From assembly GCA_951406725.2 (NCBI GenBank), contig OX597820.1, positions 96,596,001-96,660,000 of the forward strand: a stretch of 64,000 nucleotides of DNA. The letters are read 5' to 3'. Positions 49,375 through 62,358 of this stretch are shown here, piece after piece. The position numbers and the translations under genes are program-made. The notes under the pieces are model-generated. The model was not told the origin of the DNA. It saw nothing but the letters and a program-made list of their open reading frames with translations, and ran no database searches. Position 1 is the stretch's first letter. Each line of letters opens with the position of its first letter. The stretch comes from Octopus vulgaris (Eukaryota).

Positions 49375-49448
49375 ATATGTAAAAAATGTAATATATAAAT
49401 AAATATCTGTAAATATGAACCATCCGATCTTCTGATTACCTCATCTTC

Positions 49449-49460
<12 letters not shown>
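49371..49460. repeat. Right arm of the inverted-repeat host element
   Basis: Reverse complement of 45396-45485, followed by (TA)n. Confidence 0.85.
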
Positions 49461-49523
<63 letters not shown>

Positions 49524-49882
49524 GAATGTTGGTTGGTCACCGAACGGAAAATATAAGTCTCTTTATTGTTTAAGTGGAATGTCACTAGATGTGACTCGTA
49601 ATGATTCACTCTGCAATCAAATATTGGCTTCGTAAAATACGGATATGCACACAATTTTGTATGAGGTCACTGAGTTCGGAAGTTATTAATAATGTATGAC
49701 GCAATTCAGACATGTTGTTTGTATTAGCTATTAGACATGAAATGTAATTTCATTATATGATAGGGTTTCACATATACAATATAATGAGTTGAAAAACTTC
49801 GATTATATCTGAGATTATAACGGCGACAGGCAGTTAAATGTCTCTAAGAATAAAGCATTTGAATGATGAATCTCAATGGCAG

Positions 49883-49943
<61 letters not shown>

Positions 49944-50015
49944 TGTATTATAATATTATAATAATATAATATAATAATATTCACTATTGTAATAACATAT
50001 TATATAGACTGGTTA

Positions 50016-50217
50016 AGGCGACGAGCTGGCAGAATCGTTAGAACGCCGGGTAAAATGTCTAGTGGCATTTTGTCCGTCTTTTCGTTCTGAGTTCAAACTC
50101 TGCGAAGGTCCTTTCACCTTTTGGGGTCGACAGAATAAGTACCAGTTGAGCACTGGGGTCGATGTAATTGACTTACCCTTCCCAAAAATTGCTGGCCTTG
50201 TGCCAAAATTTGAAATC
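50016..50217 (+). mobile_element. SINE family A
   Basis: Consensus match. Confidence 0.8.
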
Positions 50218-50359
50218 AATGTAAGCTGGTTTTTAAAAAATACCTTAGATGGAACATCAGCAGTCACTTCGAAATCTCACGTGTGGCACACCGTGCCCCG
50301 GGATGGGAGGGAGTGAGCTTACGTGCTGCACAAACATTTGATCACTATCACTACAGGAA

Positions 50360-50558
50360 TGGGAGTACTGAAAAGTCCCTGGCTTTAAGAGTATCACGAA
50401 AGGACTGGTTGGAGGCCCAACCTTCCGAGTTCTTTTACAGGGCTTGGAAAAACTGAAGGACTGCTGCAATAACTGTGTGAACCGGAGAAGGAAATCATAA
50501 ATGATCCTCCTGTATTTTATTTTACCCAAAATAAGGAACTTTTCAGCAACCCTTCGTA
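50360..50558. mobile_element. mariner-derived MITE
   Basis: Imperfect TIRs gggagtactgaaaagtccct and aggaacttttcagcaacccttcgta. Confidence 0.6.
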
Positions 50559-50559
50559 G

Positions 50560-50980
50560 AAGTAAGTCGATTACATCGAACCCCGCGCCTCATCTGGTAC
50601 TTATTCTATCGACTCCAAAAGGATGAAAGGCAAAGTAGACCACATCGGAGTTTGAACTCAGAACGTAAAGACGGATGAAATGCCGATAAGTATTTTGCCT
50701 GGCATGCTGACGGCCCTGTCAGCTTGCTGCCTTAAATGCGTAGTGTTATTAAGAATTGTTAAGGCGGCGAGCTGGCAAAATCGTTAGCTCGCAGGACGAA
50801 AGGCTTAGTGTCATTTTGCCCATCGCTGCGTTCTGAGTTTAAATTCCGCCCAGGTCGACTTTGACTTTGCCTTTCATCCTTTCGGGGTCGATAAAATAAG
50901 TACTAGTTGAACACTAGGGTCGATGTAATCAACTCATCCTCTCTCCCCCAAAATTGCTGCTCTTGTGACAAAATTTGAAA
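50560..50980. mobile_element. Two head-to-head family A SINEs (minus 50560-50733, plus 50763-50980)
   Basis: Consensus matches in opposite orientations. Confidence 0.8.
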
Positions 50981-51426
50981 CCATTATTAACAATTGTTTA
51001 GTGAGCTTTCAATCTGAAAATTAATATTCATTCTTAACTAAAACACAACGGTACACATTTGGCAGAAGGAAAAAAATTGACACTTTGGACTCCGGTAATT
51101 GTTTGTTACTTATTTTACGGATTGCAATGTTATGTCGATCTTGGCAAGATTTGAAATCAGAAAATTAAGCGGTGTAATTAAATAGCAATAGTCGTTTTTT
51201 TAAAGCTGCTGTAATAATTTTGCCAATTCACAGGTCTTCTAACCTGATATGCTAGTAGATAGCAATATGAGATATAATAATATGTAATATGAGATAGAAT
51301 TCCTTTCCCCTATAAGCATGAGACCTAACATTTTGACGGAGAAGGGCCAATAGATTACATCGATCCAAGGGCGTGGGAAGTACTTATTTTTTTATCGAGC
51401 CCAAAAGGATGAAAGTCAAAATCCAC

Positions 51427-51504
<78 letters not shown>

Positions 51505-51734
51505 AAGCTAAATGCACAACTACGTGTATATAAATATAAACAAAAGTTCTCAGTTCAAATTCCGCCGAGGTCGACTTTGCATTTCATCGTTTCGGGGTCG
51601 AAAAAATAAAGTACCAGTTTCGCACTGGGGTCGATGTAATCGACTTAATCCCTTTGTCTGTCCTTGTTTGTCCCCTCTATGTTTAGCCTCTTGTGGGCAA
51701 TAAAGATATATACATATATATATATATATATATA

Positions 51735-51942
51735 CGCCATGTTGAATCGTAGCTCCTGCATGCATTTTTTTTCTCTCCTTGTTTCTCTCCTTGTTTCTTT
51801 TCTGTGTATCTTTCTGTTGAAGAGCGTAGGCTCGAAACGTAAAAAACTTGTTTTATTTATATTCCTGAGCGCCATACTAATACAATTGTTTGTTTGTACT
51901 CCACCTGCCTTCGTCTTTTGTTTATTTTCGTAAACCTTCCCG

Positions 51943-51943
<1 letters not shown>
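51735..51943 (+). mobile_element. Penelope-type mini-element with minimal hammerhead-like motif (51811-51844), between (TA)n tracts
   Basis: ttt-CTGTTGA-a-GAGC-gtag-GCTC-GAAACGT-A-aaa. Relatives at about 56403-56593 and 57345-57533. Confidence 0.6.
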
Positions 51944-51972
<29 letters not shown>

Positions 51973-51980
<8 letters not shown>

Positions 51981-52184
51981 ATATTTCGGAATGGTCATAT
52001 TGCCAGTTTAGCCAATAAAAACACACACACTATATATTTGGTGTTATTTTGCTTCAGTGATATTTATTTTTTACATTAATCTTAATCTTATTTCGGCCAA
52101 AGTGCGTGTGTTTTTATTGGCTAAACTGGCAATATGACCATTCCGAAATATAACAATATCTGTTTCAACACACGACTTCACATA
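51973..52184. repeat. Inverted-repeat mini-element, copy of 24073-24304
   Basis: Same arms with a different centre. Confidence 0.85.
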
Positions 52185-52518
52185 AAAAATCTTGCACAAC
52201 AAATATTTAAACGTATATATATATATATATATATATATAAACGTACTTGGAGAACAGAAAAGAAACTACCTTCGAAACACGCATGGAGTCGAACTAGGGA
52301 CAGCTGATGAAGGGGAATTTTCCTTGTATTGTTTGTCTTGTACTCTGTTTTTTCGTTGTTAAAAAAATCCGTTTCCATGTTTGTTTTTACGTTTTCGTTT
52401 CTCGTTGAGTTCTACGTCTATTTGTGGTGTCCTATACTCACATATATATATTTATATATGCATGTATATATACATGTAGATGTAGGTACGTACATATATG
52501 TATGTATGTATGTATATA

Positions 52519-52584
<66 letters not shown>

Positions 52585-55092
52585 CGCTAAATGCACAACT
52601 ACCTGTATATAAATATAAACAAAAGTTCTCAGTTCAAATTCCGCCTTTCATCATTTCAGGGTTGATAAAACATGTATCAGTTGAGCACTGCGGCGGGGGG
52701 GGGCGTTGACTTAACCCTCCCCGATATTGCTGGCCCAGTGCCAAAAATTGAAACTCATGTTGTTGTTGCTGCAAGAAATTACTAATCAAGGAGTCGATGG
52801 TTTTGCACACGTACAAGACAAAATTTTTCCGCTAACCTATACGTGTACTTGAACCCAAAGATAAGCTCGAATTGTATCGGTTTTATGTGTTTTTACAGAT
52901 CACTGATGTAGGTAGGTATGTGTAGTCAAAGACTGGTTACCATGGACTATTTTTTATAAATCGTTTTAAGTCGGTGAGCTGCCAGAATCGTTAGCATGCC
53001 GGACAAAATGCTTCACGAAATTTCGTCCATCTTTATGTTCTGAGCTAACATACCGCCGAGATCGACTTTGTCTTTCAAAGCTTCGTGGTCGATGAAATAA
53101 GTCTCGCTGAGTTCCGGGGTCGATGTAATTGACTAGCCCCCTACCCGAAAAATTTCAGTCCTTGCTCCTATCACAGAAAAGTTGACTTATTCCGGCTCTG
53201 TCTGTTTTCAGCTCAAATCTCACCAAGAAATTTTGCTTTCAATCCTCCGAGGTCTACAAAATAAAGTACCACGGACTTTTGTTTGATTGTTTTTCTGTTG
53301 TTTTTTAATGCTATCATTGTCTATGCCGGATGCATTACCGTCATTGCAAAGCCAGTGATAGGATACGAACCATTGATGTTTCAGTTAGTAGTCTTGACAT
53401 CGTATTTATTCAACCAACTACGGTTTCTTTGATTTATTTACTATGAATGCATTCATCACAATTGTCTCATCTATCTGGATCCTTAAGTTCATTACTTGTA
53501 TAATCTCCAAAGAACACCATTTATCATTAATCTAATTTCGTATACTTCGCAAATCCTAATCCCAAGCAAATTTCCTTTTCAGATCGATAGCTAGATATCA
53601 ACAGGGGAATACTTTTATCAGTCGATATTAACAGCAACCATTTTATAAAACTGCATACGGCACGTTCATATGAATATATAATGCAGAAAGGAAGTGGGGA
53701 AAAAACGAAATGAAAGACTACTACTTAATTAGAAGCTTCAGTACAAACAAAAATGATTAGTCTGGAGAAATCAATAGATTTCTAGACTTAACATGGTAGT
53801 CTATCACAATGATTATTCGATGTCCGCTTAGTTGTAATCGAACTATAGTGTGGTCACGTATTGTCACAGAAATGAAAACATTATTCACTAGTGCTTTTTT
53901 TTCTTTTCTTTTTTTTCTTCAAACTCTTTGCAAATTGATAGCAAAAAAAAGAAGAAAGAAACAGTCTCCCATGCTCCATTTGAAAATCTCTACAATTACT
54001 ACATCTGACTCACTAAAGTAAAGTTGGGAACAATTGGAAGCAGACAATAATATATTGCACTCACGGTACGACAAAAACTGGTTGCTTATTCCCGTAAGAT
54101 TGCTTCTTGTATGAGGAGTCAAAGAAAATAATAATGATGATGATGACGATGATGATTTCTTTTAAAAGCGGATATAAATGCTAGTTGATTGATTGTTGGT
54201 TGATTTCTCCTGTTACTGTATAGAGAGAGAGGTTATTGTATAGAGAAAGAGGGCGGAAGAGAGAGAGAGAGAGTAAAAGAGAGGATTAACAAAAGAAGTC
54301 GACAGAGGAACACAAAAATTGACAAGCGGTGGTAGGGGAGTGGTAAAGATGATTAAAAGTATTTAGTCCATGGTCATAAGATAAATGACTTATTTACACA
54401 CACACGCACAACCGCAGTTTATACGGAAGGATAAACTTGAGTTAGTTGCAGGAGGTAAAGAAGCAGTGGGTTTTCATAGCTAAATATAACCTTACGCTTA
54501 CCTTTTTCGAATACAACTGGACTAGGTTATGGACAGATGTGTATGTACAATTTGGGTTTGTGCTTTCACTCCATTCCCTGCTTTAAAGTGACGCATAATT
54601 CTGTATGATCTGATCTCTTCGGATAAAGGAAATTTCGCTTAAATTAGACCGTGTAACACGATTTTGTCCTTGGATAGCAAATGTTATTTCTTATTTGCTT
54701 ACCCCTAGAAAGTATGAAAAATGGCTAATATTTTCTTCAAACTTTACTTTTGTTACATTTTGTCAAGTTCCAAAGAATCTCTCTGAGCACATGGCTATGA
54801 TGCTCCCCCACAACACCTGCTCATGATAAGAGATGCTCATACTGTCAGCCACTTAGGGACATGCTCAAGTGGTTAAGGTCAAGCAAACTGGCAAGTAAGT
54901 AAATCTGTGGTACTGAGAAGAATATTTGCTATAAGGATATTTCTGCTTTAGCAATTTAACGCTGAATCCGTCCGAAATGTAATAGAAAATAGATCAGTTT
55001 CAAAACATTGATGTCCAGGTCACAGAAGCAAAGTTTGAAGGGAATGGTAGTCATTCCCTTCGATTTCTAGAGAGAAGCAAATAGGAAGTAAC

Positions 55093-55347
55093 ACGGATCA
55101 GTTCAGTTGCGATCACAGATTTAATTTTTTTTTTCTTTTTAACTAAAAAGTTTGAAACTTCGTATACTGGTGTAATTTCTCATACTGAACACGGTTCACT
55201 TTCAACATTTTAGAAAACTTTTCGTATTTTAGAAGTTACTTCGTGTTAAAGTTGTATTTGGGTAATTTTAACCTATCAATGACGTATATTCAGTTGAAGA
55301 AAGCTACTGCTGTTTGCGATAATCGAAGAGGAACAACTTCCGGATCA
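55093..55347. mobile_element. Unclassified DNA-transposon-like repeat (copy of 15836-16095)
   Basis: Direct homology. Confidence 0.55.
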
Positions 55348-55518
55348 TTTCTACTAAATGTCACCACTCAGTTCTATTCGTATGTCAAGCGAAGGACGAA
55401 GGGGAAATGTTGCTCCTTGGTCATAGCTGACACAAAAGACTATTATGATAGTCTATTATGATAGTCAAAACTATCAAAATAAATACAGTGTACACTGTAT
55501 TTATTACTATACTATTTA

Positions 55519-55918
55519 TCTCTCTATATATAAACGGCAGTTTGTCTGTCTGTGTGGCTGTCAGGTTGTACCCTCACCCTGACCACGGCTTTCAACCAAT
55601 TCTGATGAAACTTGACACACACATAGCCCAATGTCATAATTCAAAACTAACGCAGCGAAAATTTTGAAAAGTTCCCCCAGTTCTGAAAAAAGTCGATAAA
55701 TTCGACATGGGGTCGAGAATCTAAGCTTTTTTTATGCAACACGTTTTCTGTCGGGAGACAGCTAGGAACATCGTATACATAGAAGTATTCGAGTGAAGAG
55801 AAGACATAGCAATCTACACATGCGCCTTCGTTCCCTAGAGGGAAAGAACTAGATTGGGATTAGTCGTTGCCTACTAGGGGCTCTTACATACCCGGGCAAC
55901 GCCGGGCTATGCTGCTAG
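55519..55918 (+). mobile_element. Non-autonomous Helitron
   Basis: A|TC...cccgg-gcaacg-ccggg hairpin (55891-55906)...CTAG|T. Confidence 0.85.
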
Positions 55919-55986
55919 TTACTATATATAAATGCCTCACGCTATGAGAGACTCTTAAAGTCAAAACTATCATAATATATACAGTG

Positions 55987-56220
55987 TGGCGAGCTGGCAG
56001 AAACGTTAGCACGCCGGGCGAAATGCTTAGCGGTATTTCGTCTGCGTTACGTTGTGAGTTCAACTTCCGCCGAGGTCGACTTTGCCTTTCATCCTTTCGG
56101 GGTCGATAAATTAAGTACCATTTACGCACTGGGGTCAATGTAATCGACTTAATACCTATGTCTGTCCTTGTTTGTCCCCTCTGTGTTTAGCTCCTTGTGG
56201 GTAATAAAGAAATGGGTATT
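55987..56220 (+). mobile_element. SINE family A inserted in the centre of a ~58-bp-arm inverted repeat (55920-55977 / 56221-56278)
   Basis: Consensus match. The flanking arms are reverse complements. Confidence 0.85.
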
Positions 56221-56590
56221 TATTATGGCAGTTTTGACTTTAAGAGTCTCTCATAGCGTGAGGCATTTATGTATAGTATCGCCCTTAATATAAATATTTT
56301 TAAAGGGGATAATTAAAAAAAAATTTCCCTTATGAGGTTTTTCACGCTGACTACTTGATAAATTCTTATAAAGAATTTAAATCGTATATATATATATGAA
56401 TTTGCCATGATAGATCGCTAACCATTACACACTCTTCATTTTCTTGCTTCTTTCTATGTTCCTTTTTGTGGAAGAGCGTAGGCGCGAAACGTTAAAGACT
56501 TTTTCGCTTCATGAGCGTTAAACTAATACATCTGTTTGTTGTCTACACCACTTGTCTTCATCTTCTGGGTTTTTTTTTTTTGTGAATTCT

Positions 56591-56664
<74 letters not shown>

Positions 56665-56735
56665 AATCCAAACGGGAAAACAAAAAGACAACAACAGTGG
56701 AACAATTACAGTATTATTATTAATAGGCGCTCAGG

Positions 56736-56782
<47 letters not shown>

Positions 56783-57284
56783 GGTGCATATCTTTTGCAT
56801 ATTTTTCGCTCTAGGAAGTAGAACCACAAAAGATGATGATGATGATGATGAGTGTTTCAAATTTTGGCACAAAGCCAGCAATTTTTAGGCTAGGGAGTAA
56901 ATCGATTGCTTCGACCCAGTACTTGAGGGTCGATAATAACTTTTTATTTAGGCATGATGCAACAGATTTTGGTGAAGGGCCTAGACGACTTCATTACTGA
57001 ACTGTTACCAGTCCACTGGTAGGATGGGATTCGACTCAGAAAGCAAAGTAACATAAATTAAATACTATTCTAGTGATTTTATCACCAGCTGTCCTTGTTA
57101 AGAAAATAAATAAAAAGTAAGATTTCTAGCAAAGACGCAAAATCACAAATATTTGGAATGAGAAGAGATCAGTTCAACGGTTCAGTCAAACTGCGTGGCA
57201 CCTTGGGCTAATGCCTTCTACTATAGCCTCAGGTCGACCAAAGCCTTACAAGTGGATTTGGTAGACGGAAGCTGAAAGACCGTC

Positions 57285-57346
<62 letters not shown>

Positions 57347-57529
57347 CCATGATAGATCGCTAGCCACTAAACTTTTTTCTATTTTCTCTCCCTGTTTATT
57401 TCTGTGTTCCTTTCTGTTAAAGAGTGTAGGCTCGAAGCGTAAAAGACTTTCTCACTCCCCGAGCGTTAAAATAATACAACTGTTTGTTGTTTACACACCC
57501 GTCTTCGCCTTTTGTATTTTTTTTTGCAA

Positions 57530-57577
<48 letters not shown>

Positions 57578-57886
57578 GTAAATCCAAATAAACGAAGAAC
57601 AAGCACAAAAAAATCAACAACGCGAGGACGTGGTACGTGTAAAGTATTTACCAGCCGCTCAGATATATATACATACATGGGTCATTGTGTTTGTGCTTGC
57701 GATTGCTTGACCACCAGTGTTGGTGTGTTTATGTTCCCGTAACATAGCGGTTCGGCAAAAAGTCAATAGAATAAATGCTGGGTCTAGTCTTTCGACTGAG
57801 AATACGTTAGAGCAGTTCCCCAGCATGACTGCGGCCTAATGACTGAAAAACAAGTTAAAGATAAAAGATGTGTGTGTGTGTGTGAA

Positions 57887-58115
57887 GGCGCATGGCTCAG
57901 TGGTTAGAGCGTCGAGCTTACGATCCTGTGGTTGTGAGTTCGAATCCCGGACCGGGCTGCGTGTTGTGTTCTTGAGCAAGACACTTTATTTCACGTTGCT
58001 CCAGTTCAGTCAGCTGTAGAAATTAGTTGCGACGTCACAGGTGCCAAGCTGTATCGGCCTTTGCCTTTCCCTTGGATAACACTGGTGGCGTGGAGAGGGG
58101 TGGCCGGTATGCATG
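57887..58115 (+). mobile_element. tRNA-derived SINE (CORE-like), distinct family
   Basis: ggcgcatggctcagtggttagagc..gagttcgaatcccgg (A and B boxes) followed by tgtgttcttgagcaagacactt. Confidence 0.8.
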
Positions 58116-58124
58116 GAGTACTGA

Positions 58125-58520
58125 AAGAACAGCTCAGCCGCTCAAATGTGAATATGATGTATCTTGACTTTGTCAAAATCTTCAATGATGTTATCACAGA
58201 ACGACAGGTCACAAGCGCTGTGACATTAGTCGAGAGGGAAAACTAAATGTGTGGCTGCATGACTTTAAAAGGTTGGAGTCAGACAGCTGCAACCAACGGT
58301 GCCCTTTTAAAGAAGAGATCAATTCTAAGCAGAGTACTCCAAAGAAATATACTTCGAACATAACTGCTTGCGGTAGGTCTCTCAGTCATGCCTTCAGTAA
58401 TACAGTCAAACCCTCACCAATCATGCTGACGATACAAAAGTACCACAAACGGTCAAGGATCCTGATAATAACAAAAATCTACAAAAAAACCTGAACGTAA
58501 TATATAAGTGGTCTAGTCTT
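58125..58520 (+). mobile_element. Decayed CR1/L2-group RT fragment
   Basis: NVNMMYLDFVKIFNDV corresponds to DVIYLDFSKAFD. HADDTK corresponds to YADD. Confidence 0.55.
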
Positions 58521-59076
58521 CTGTAACAAGACCTACAAAGTCTTTAATTATTGCAGTATCAAAGAAAAATGGAACTATAGAAGAATTATATTATCGACTC
58601 TGGCCTCAGAAATCTACATCCCTGTGCTTATTGAGAGAAATATTACATCCTACGATGAAATCGAAACGGCTTCCGCAAAGGCAGGTGAACACCCACAACA
58701 GATCGTTTTTCTTAGAAGGCTCATAGATGAGATTAGAATCTCCAAGCAAAAAGACATCAATTGTAATTTGGAATTTGATAGTATCACCAGAACGGCCACC
58801 ATACATATTCTGACGGTTGTTAAAAGCTATTGTTATTCTTTATCTTTTATCTTTTACGTGTCTGTCATTGGACTGCGGCCATGCTGTAGTACTATTTTCA
58901 AGGCTTTAATCGAATAAATCCACCACTATACATTTGATTAAAGCCGGTACTTATTATATCAACTTTTTTTGTGCCAAACCGCTAAGGTATGGGAACGTAT
59001 ACAAACCAAAACCAGTTGTTAAGTGACAGGGGAGGACAAACACACGCAATTACATATACAGTATATATAACATTGA

Positions 59077-59470
59077 TAGGTTTGGGCCAGTATAGGCCCA
59101 GGCCATGTCAAACTTAATAGCACCGCCTGGTGAAGTCTTTTAGTCATATATGGGGCACCATGGCCCACTCTAGCAAAGAGTTATTGTTGGAGACATCTCC
59201 GGGAGTAGGGAGTTGGACCGGGATTTTTTGAAGAAATTTGTCCAGTGAACTTTTAAATTTTATGGGATCCGTTTCCGTTTTGACGTATTTTGGTATGATA
59301 TTAAAGAAAGCTGGACCGGTTGAGGTAAAGCAGTTGTGTCGTAATGTTGTTATGTGTCCTGAGTTCGATTTTTGTCGTGGGTGGATGGCACGGGGCCAAG
59401 TCTTGGGTGGATTTTAAAACTGATACCAACATCATTTGTGCAATATTGATGGAATATTTTTTACATTTTC
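59077..59470 (-). mobile_element. Older 3' fragment of a relative of the 40641 LINE
   Basis: ggccagtataggcccaggccatgtcaaacttaatagcacc resembles the 3' UTR at 40660-40720, and the homology continues into the ORF2 end. Confidence 0.85.
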
Positions 59471-59511
59471 CGGTTATCAAGCGGTGGTGGTGGGCCAAAC
59501 CTCACACACAC

Positions 59512-59561
<50 letters not shown>

Positions 59562-60241
59562 TTGGTTTGGCTCACCACCACTGCCTGATAACCGGTGTGT
59601 GCTTTTACGACCCCGCTAATTTAGCGATTTCGGCCAAAGAGATCGATAGAATAAGTATCAGGCTTAACAGAAAAATAAGTATTGGGCTCGATTCATTGGA
59701 CATAAACAAATTTTTAAGGCGGTGCCCCAGCATGGCCACAGCCAAAATAACTGAGACAAGTAAAAGAATAAATGGATGTTGATAAAGTTTGTTCTTGATC
59801 TAATTTTAGTACAATCGAAATTTGTCTTATCTACCCTGACCCTGAATATACAGCTCGACCGTTTACTTCTTACTATTGTGTATATATGTGCGTGAGTGTG
59901 TGTATGTGTGTGTGTACGTGCTTGCGTACATGTGTGTGTGTGTGTATGTGTTTACATGTTTTTGATTGTTTGTGTATGTGTGTGTGTGCTTCTATCCCTT
60001 ATTTCCTGTTGCTGACCCTCTAATCCCCCGTGGTCAATCATTTAGTTCTTTTGCTTATTGAAACGTTATTCTGCTCCACTCACCACTAAATATGTTATTG
60101 TTTACTGAGACCCCCGGACCAGATGTTCGACTCATCAACAATTAAATCTCTTCTCATGTTACTCTCCATCCCTTGACCACTAACAACAACAACAACACCA
60201 GCACCTAAAAAAATAATATACACTTGACAAGTACGCACGCG

Positions 60242-60295
<54 letters not shown>

Positions 60296-60951
60296 AACAC
60301 TCACACGTGCCGACGCACGCAAACAAGCACTATACACATATATCTATGTACCATATGTGTATGTGTATGTGTGTATACACACACATATATACATACACAC
60401 GCACGTACACATACTCTCTCTCTCTCTCTCACCCTCTCTTTCTCACACAGACATACACACACATGCCGATATACACACACACCACATATAAATTGCTGAT
60501 TGACACCAAACTATCATCATTTGAACTGAAGCCCTAAATATCATTTAGTTTACCTACTTCCTTCTTTGGCAGCAGCGCCAATATTTTTGGCCACCAGTTA
60601 TATATATATATATATACATATATGTAAATATACATTTAAAGAGACAGTCAGACGAAAGTGAACAAACCACGCGTAAGTACCCGTTAATCTTCTATAGTTT
60701 ACTTGTATCGGTCAGAGGACCGTGGCCTTTGACCCTTGAGGGCCCATATAATATTTTGTTAAAAATTTTATGCAATTAATTAGTTACACTTCTACAATAC
60801 GCAAAATATTTAATTTTTATACAATTCCTTATATACAGCGAGGTCCAGTTGATTAAAATGGGAACTGGTACTACTAGCGAATACTGGTCCCGGTGCGCGC
60901 GTCCGCGCTAGCTAATCGTAAGTAGTCGATCCTACAACGACTTGCGCGTAT

Positions 60952-61360
60952 ACTCTTACTCTTTACTCTTTTACTTGTTTCAGTCATTTGACTGCGGCCA
61001 TGCTGGAGCACCGCCTTTAGTCGAGCAAATCGACCCCGGGACTTATTCTTTGTAAGCCCAGTACTTATTCTATCGGTCTGTTATGCCGAACCGGTAAGTT
61101 ACGGGGACGTAAACACACCAGCATCGGTTGTCAAGCAATGCTAGGGGGACAAACACAGACACACAAACACACACATACATATATATATATATACATATAT
61201 ACGACAGGCTTCTTTCAGTTTCCGTCTACCAAATCCACTCACAAGGCATTGGTCGGCCCGGGGCTATAGCAGAAGACACTTGCCCAAGATGCCACGCAGT
61301 GGGACTGAACCGGGAACCATGTGGTTGGTTAGCAAGCTACTTACCACACAGCCACTCCTG
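60952..61360 (-). mobile_element. SINE family B, full length, young
   Basis: Nearly identical to 38863-39262. Confidence 0.9.
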
Positions 61361-61942
61361 CAAATTTTTTACAGAATAAAATAGAATTTTTTAAAGAAAG
61401 TAAATGAATTATTTCTTAGAACAATGTATATAAATCAAATAAAAAGCAAAGTAAATAATTTTTTTAACTAAAAAAATTAATTATTTTTTAAAACAATGTA
61501 TATGATTTTTTTTACACAAATTAAATATTTTTTGAACAAAAATGGAATAAATTAAGAGAAAAACAAGAATTATAAGGAATTTTTAAATTTTTATTTCTGT
61601 GTTTGCGTTGATAGCGAACCCAAGTGAATCGGTGTTGCTTTTTACCTTTAAGATGTTGTCAACACACGACAAGGAAATGAAATCCCAGAAAGAAATATTC
61701 GTTTAGAAAACGTAGACAAAAGATAGAAATTGACATAATACACATCAAATGTTTATGGACCTATTTCAGACCTCCGCCCAAATGGTACTTTAATATTCCA
61801 TTTTATTTATTTCCCAGACATGATAAAATTGTCAGTCGGTTATTCTTCTCTACAAGACACCATAATATTAGCAGAAATGAAGAAACGTGGGTGTTTCATT
61901 GGCAGGAATGTTTTCCCGCCACTGAAATAGTTTCCCTCATTA

Positions 61943-62358
61943 GGCGGCGAGCTGGCGGAAACGTTACCACGCCGGGCGAAATGCTTAGCAGTATTTCGTC
62001 TGCCGCTACGTTCAAGGTTCAAATTCCGCCGAGGTCGACTTTGCCTTTCATCCTTTCGGGTTCCATTAAATAAGTACCAGTTGCGCACTGGAGTCGATAT
62101 AATCGACTTAATCCGTTTGTCGGTCCTTGTTTGTTCCCTCTGTGTTTAGCCCCTTGTGGGTAGTAAAGAAATAGGTATTTCGTCTGCCGTTACGTTCCAA
62201 GTTCAAATTCTGCCGAGGTCGACTTTGCCTTTCATCCTTTCGGAGGTCAATAAACTAAGTACCAGTTTCGCACTGGAGTCGATGTAATCGACTTAATCCT
62301 TTTGTCTGTCCTTGTTTGTCCCCTCTATGTTTAGCCCCTTGTGGGCAATAAAGAAATA
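61943..62358 (+). mobile_element. SINE family A, two units
   Basis: Consensus match. Confidence 0.9.

Noticed and set aside
57887-57960. tRNA gene (also 38770-38835)
   Set aside because: The acceptor stem is not formed and the sequence continues directly into a SINE body, so it is a tRNA-derived head.
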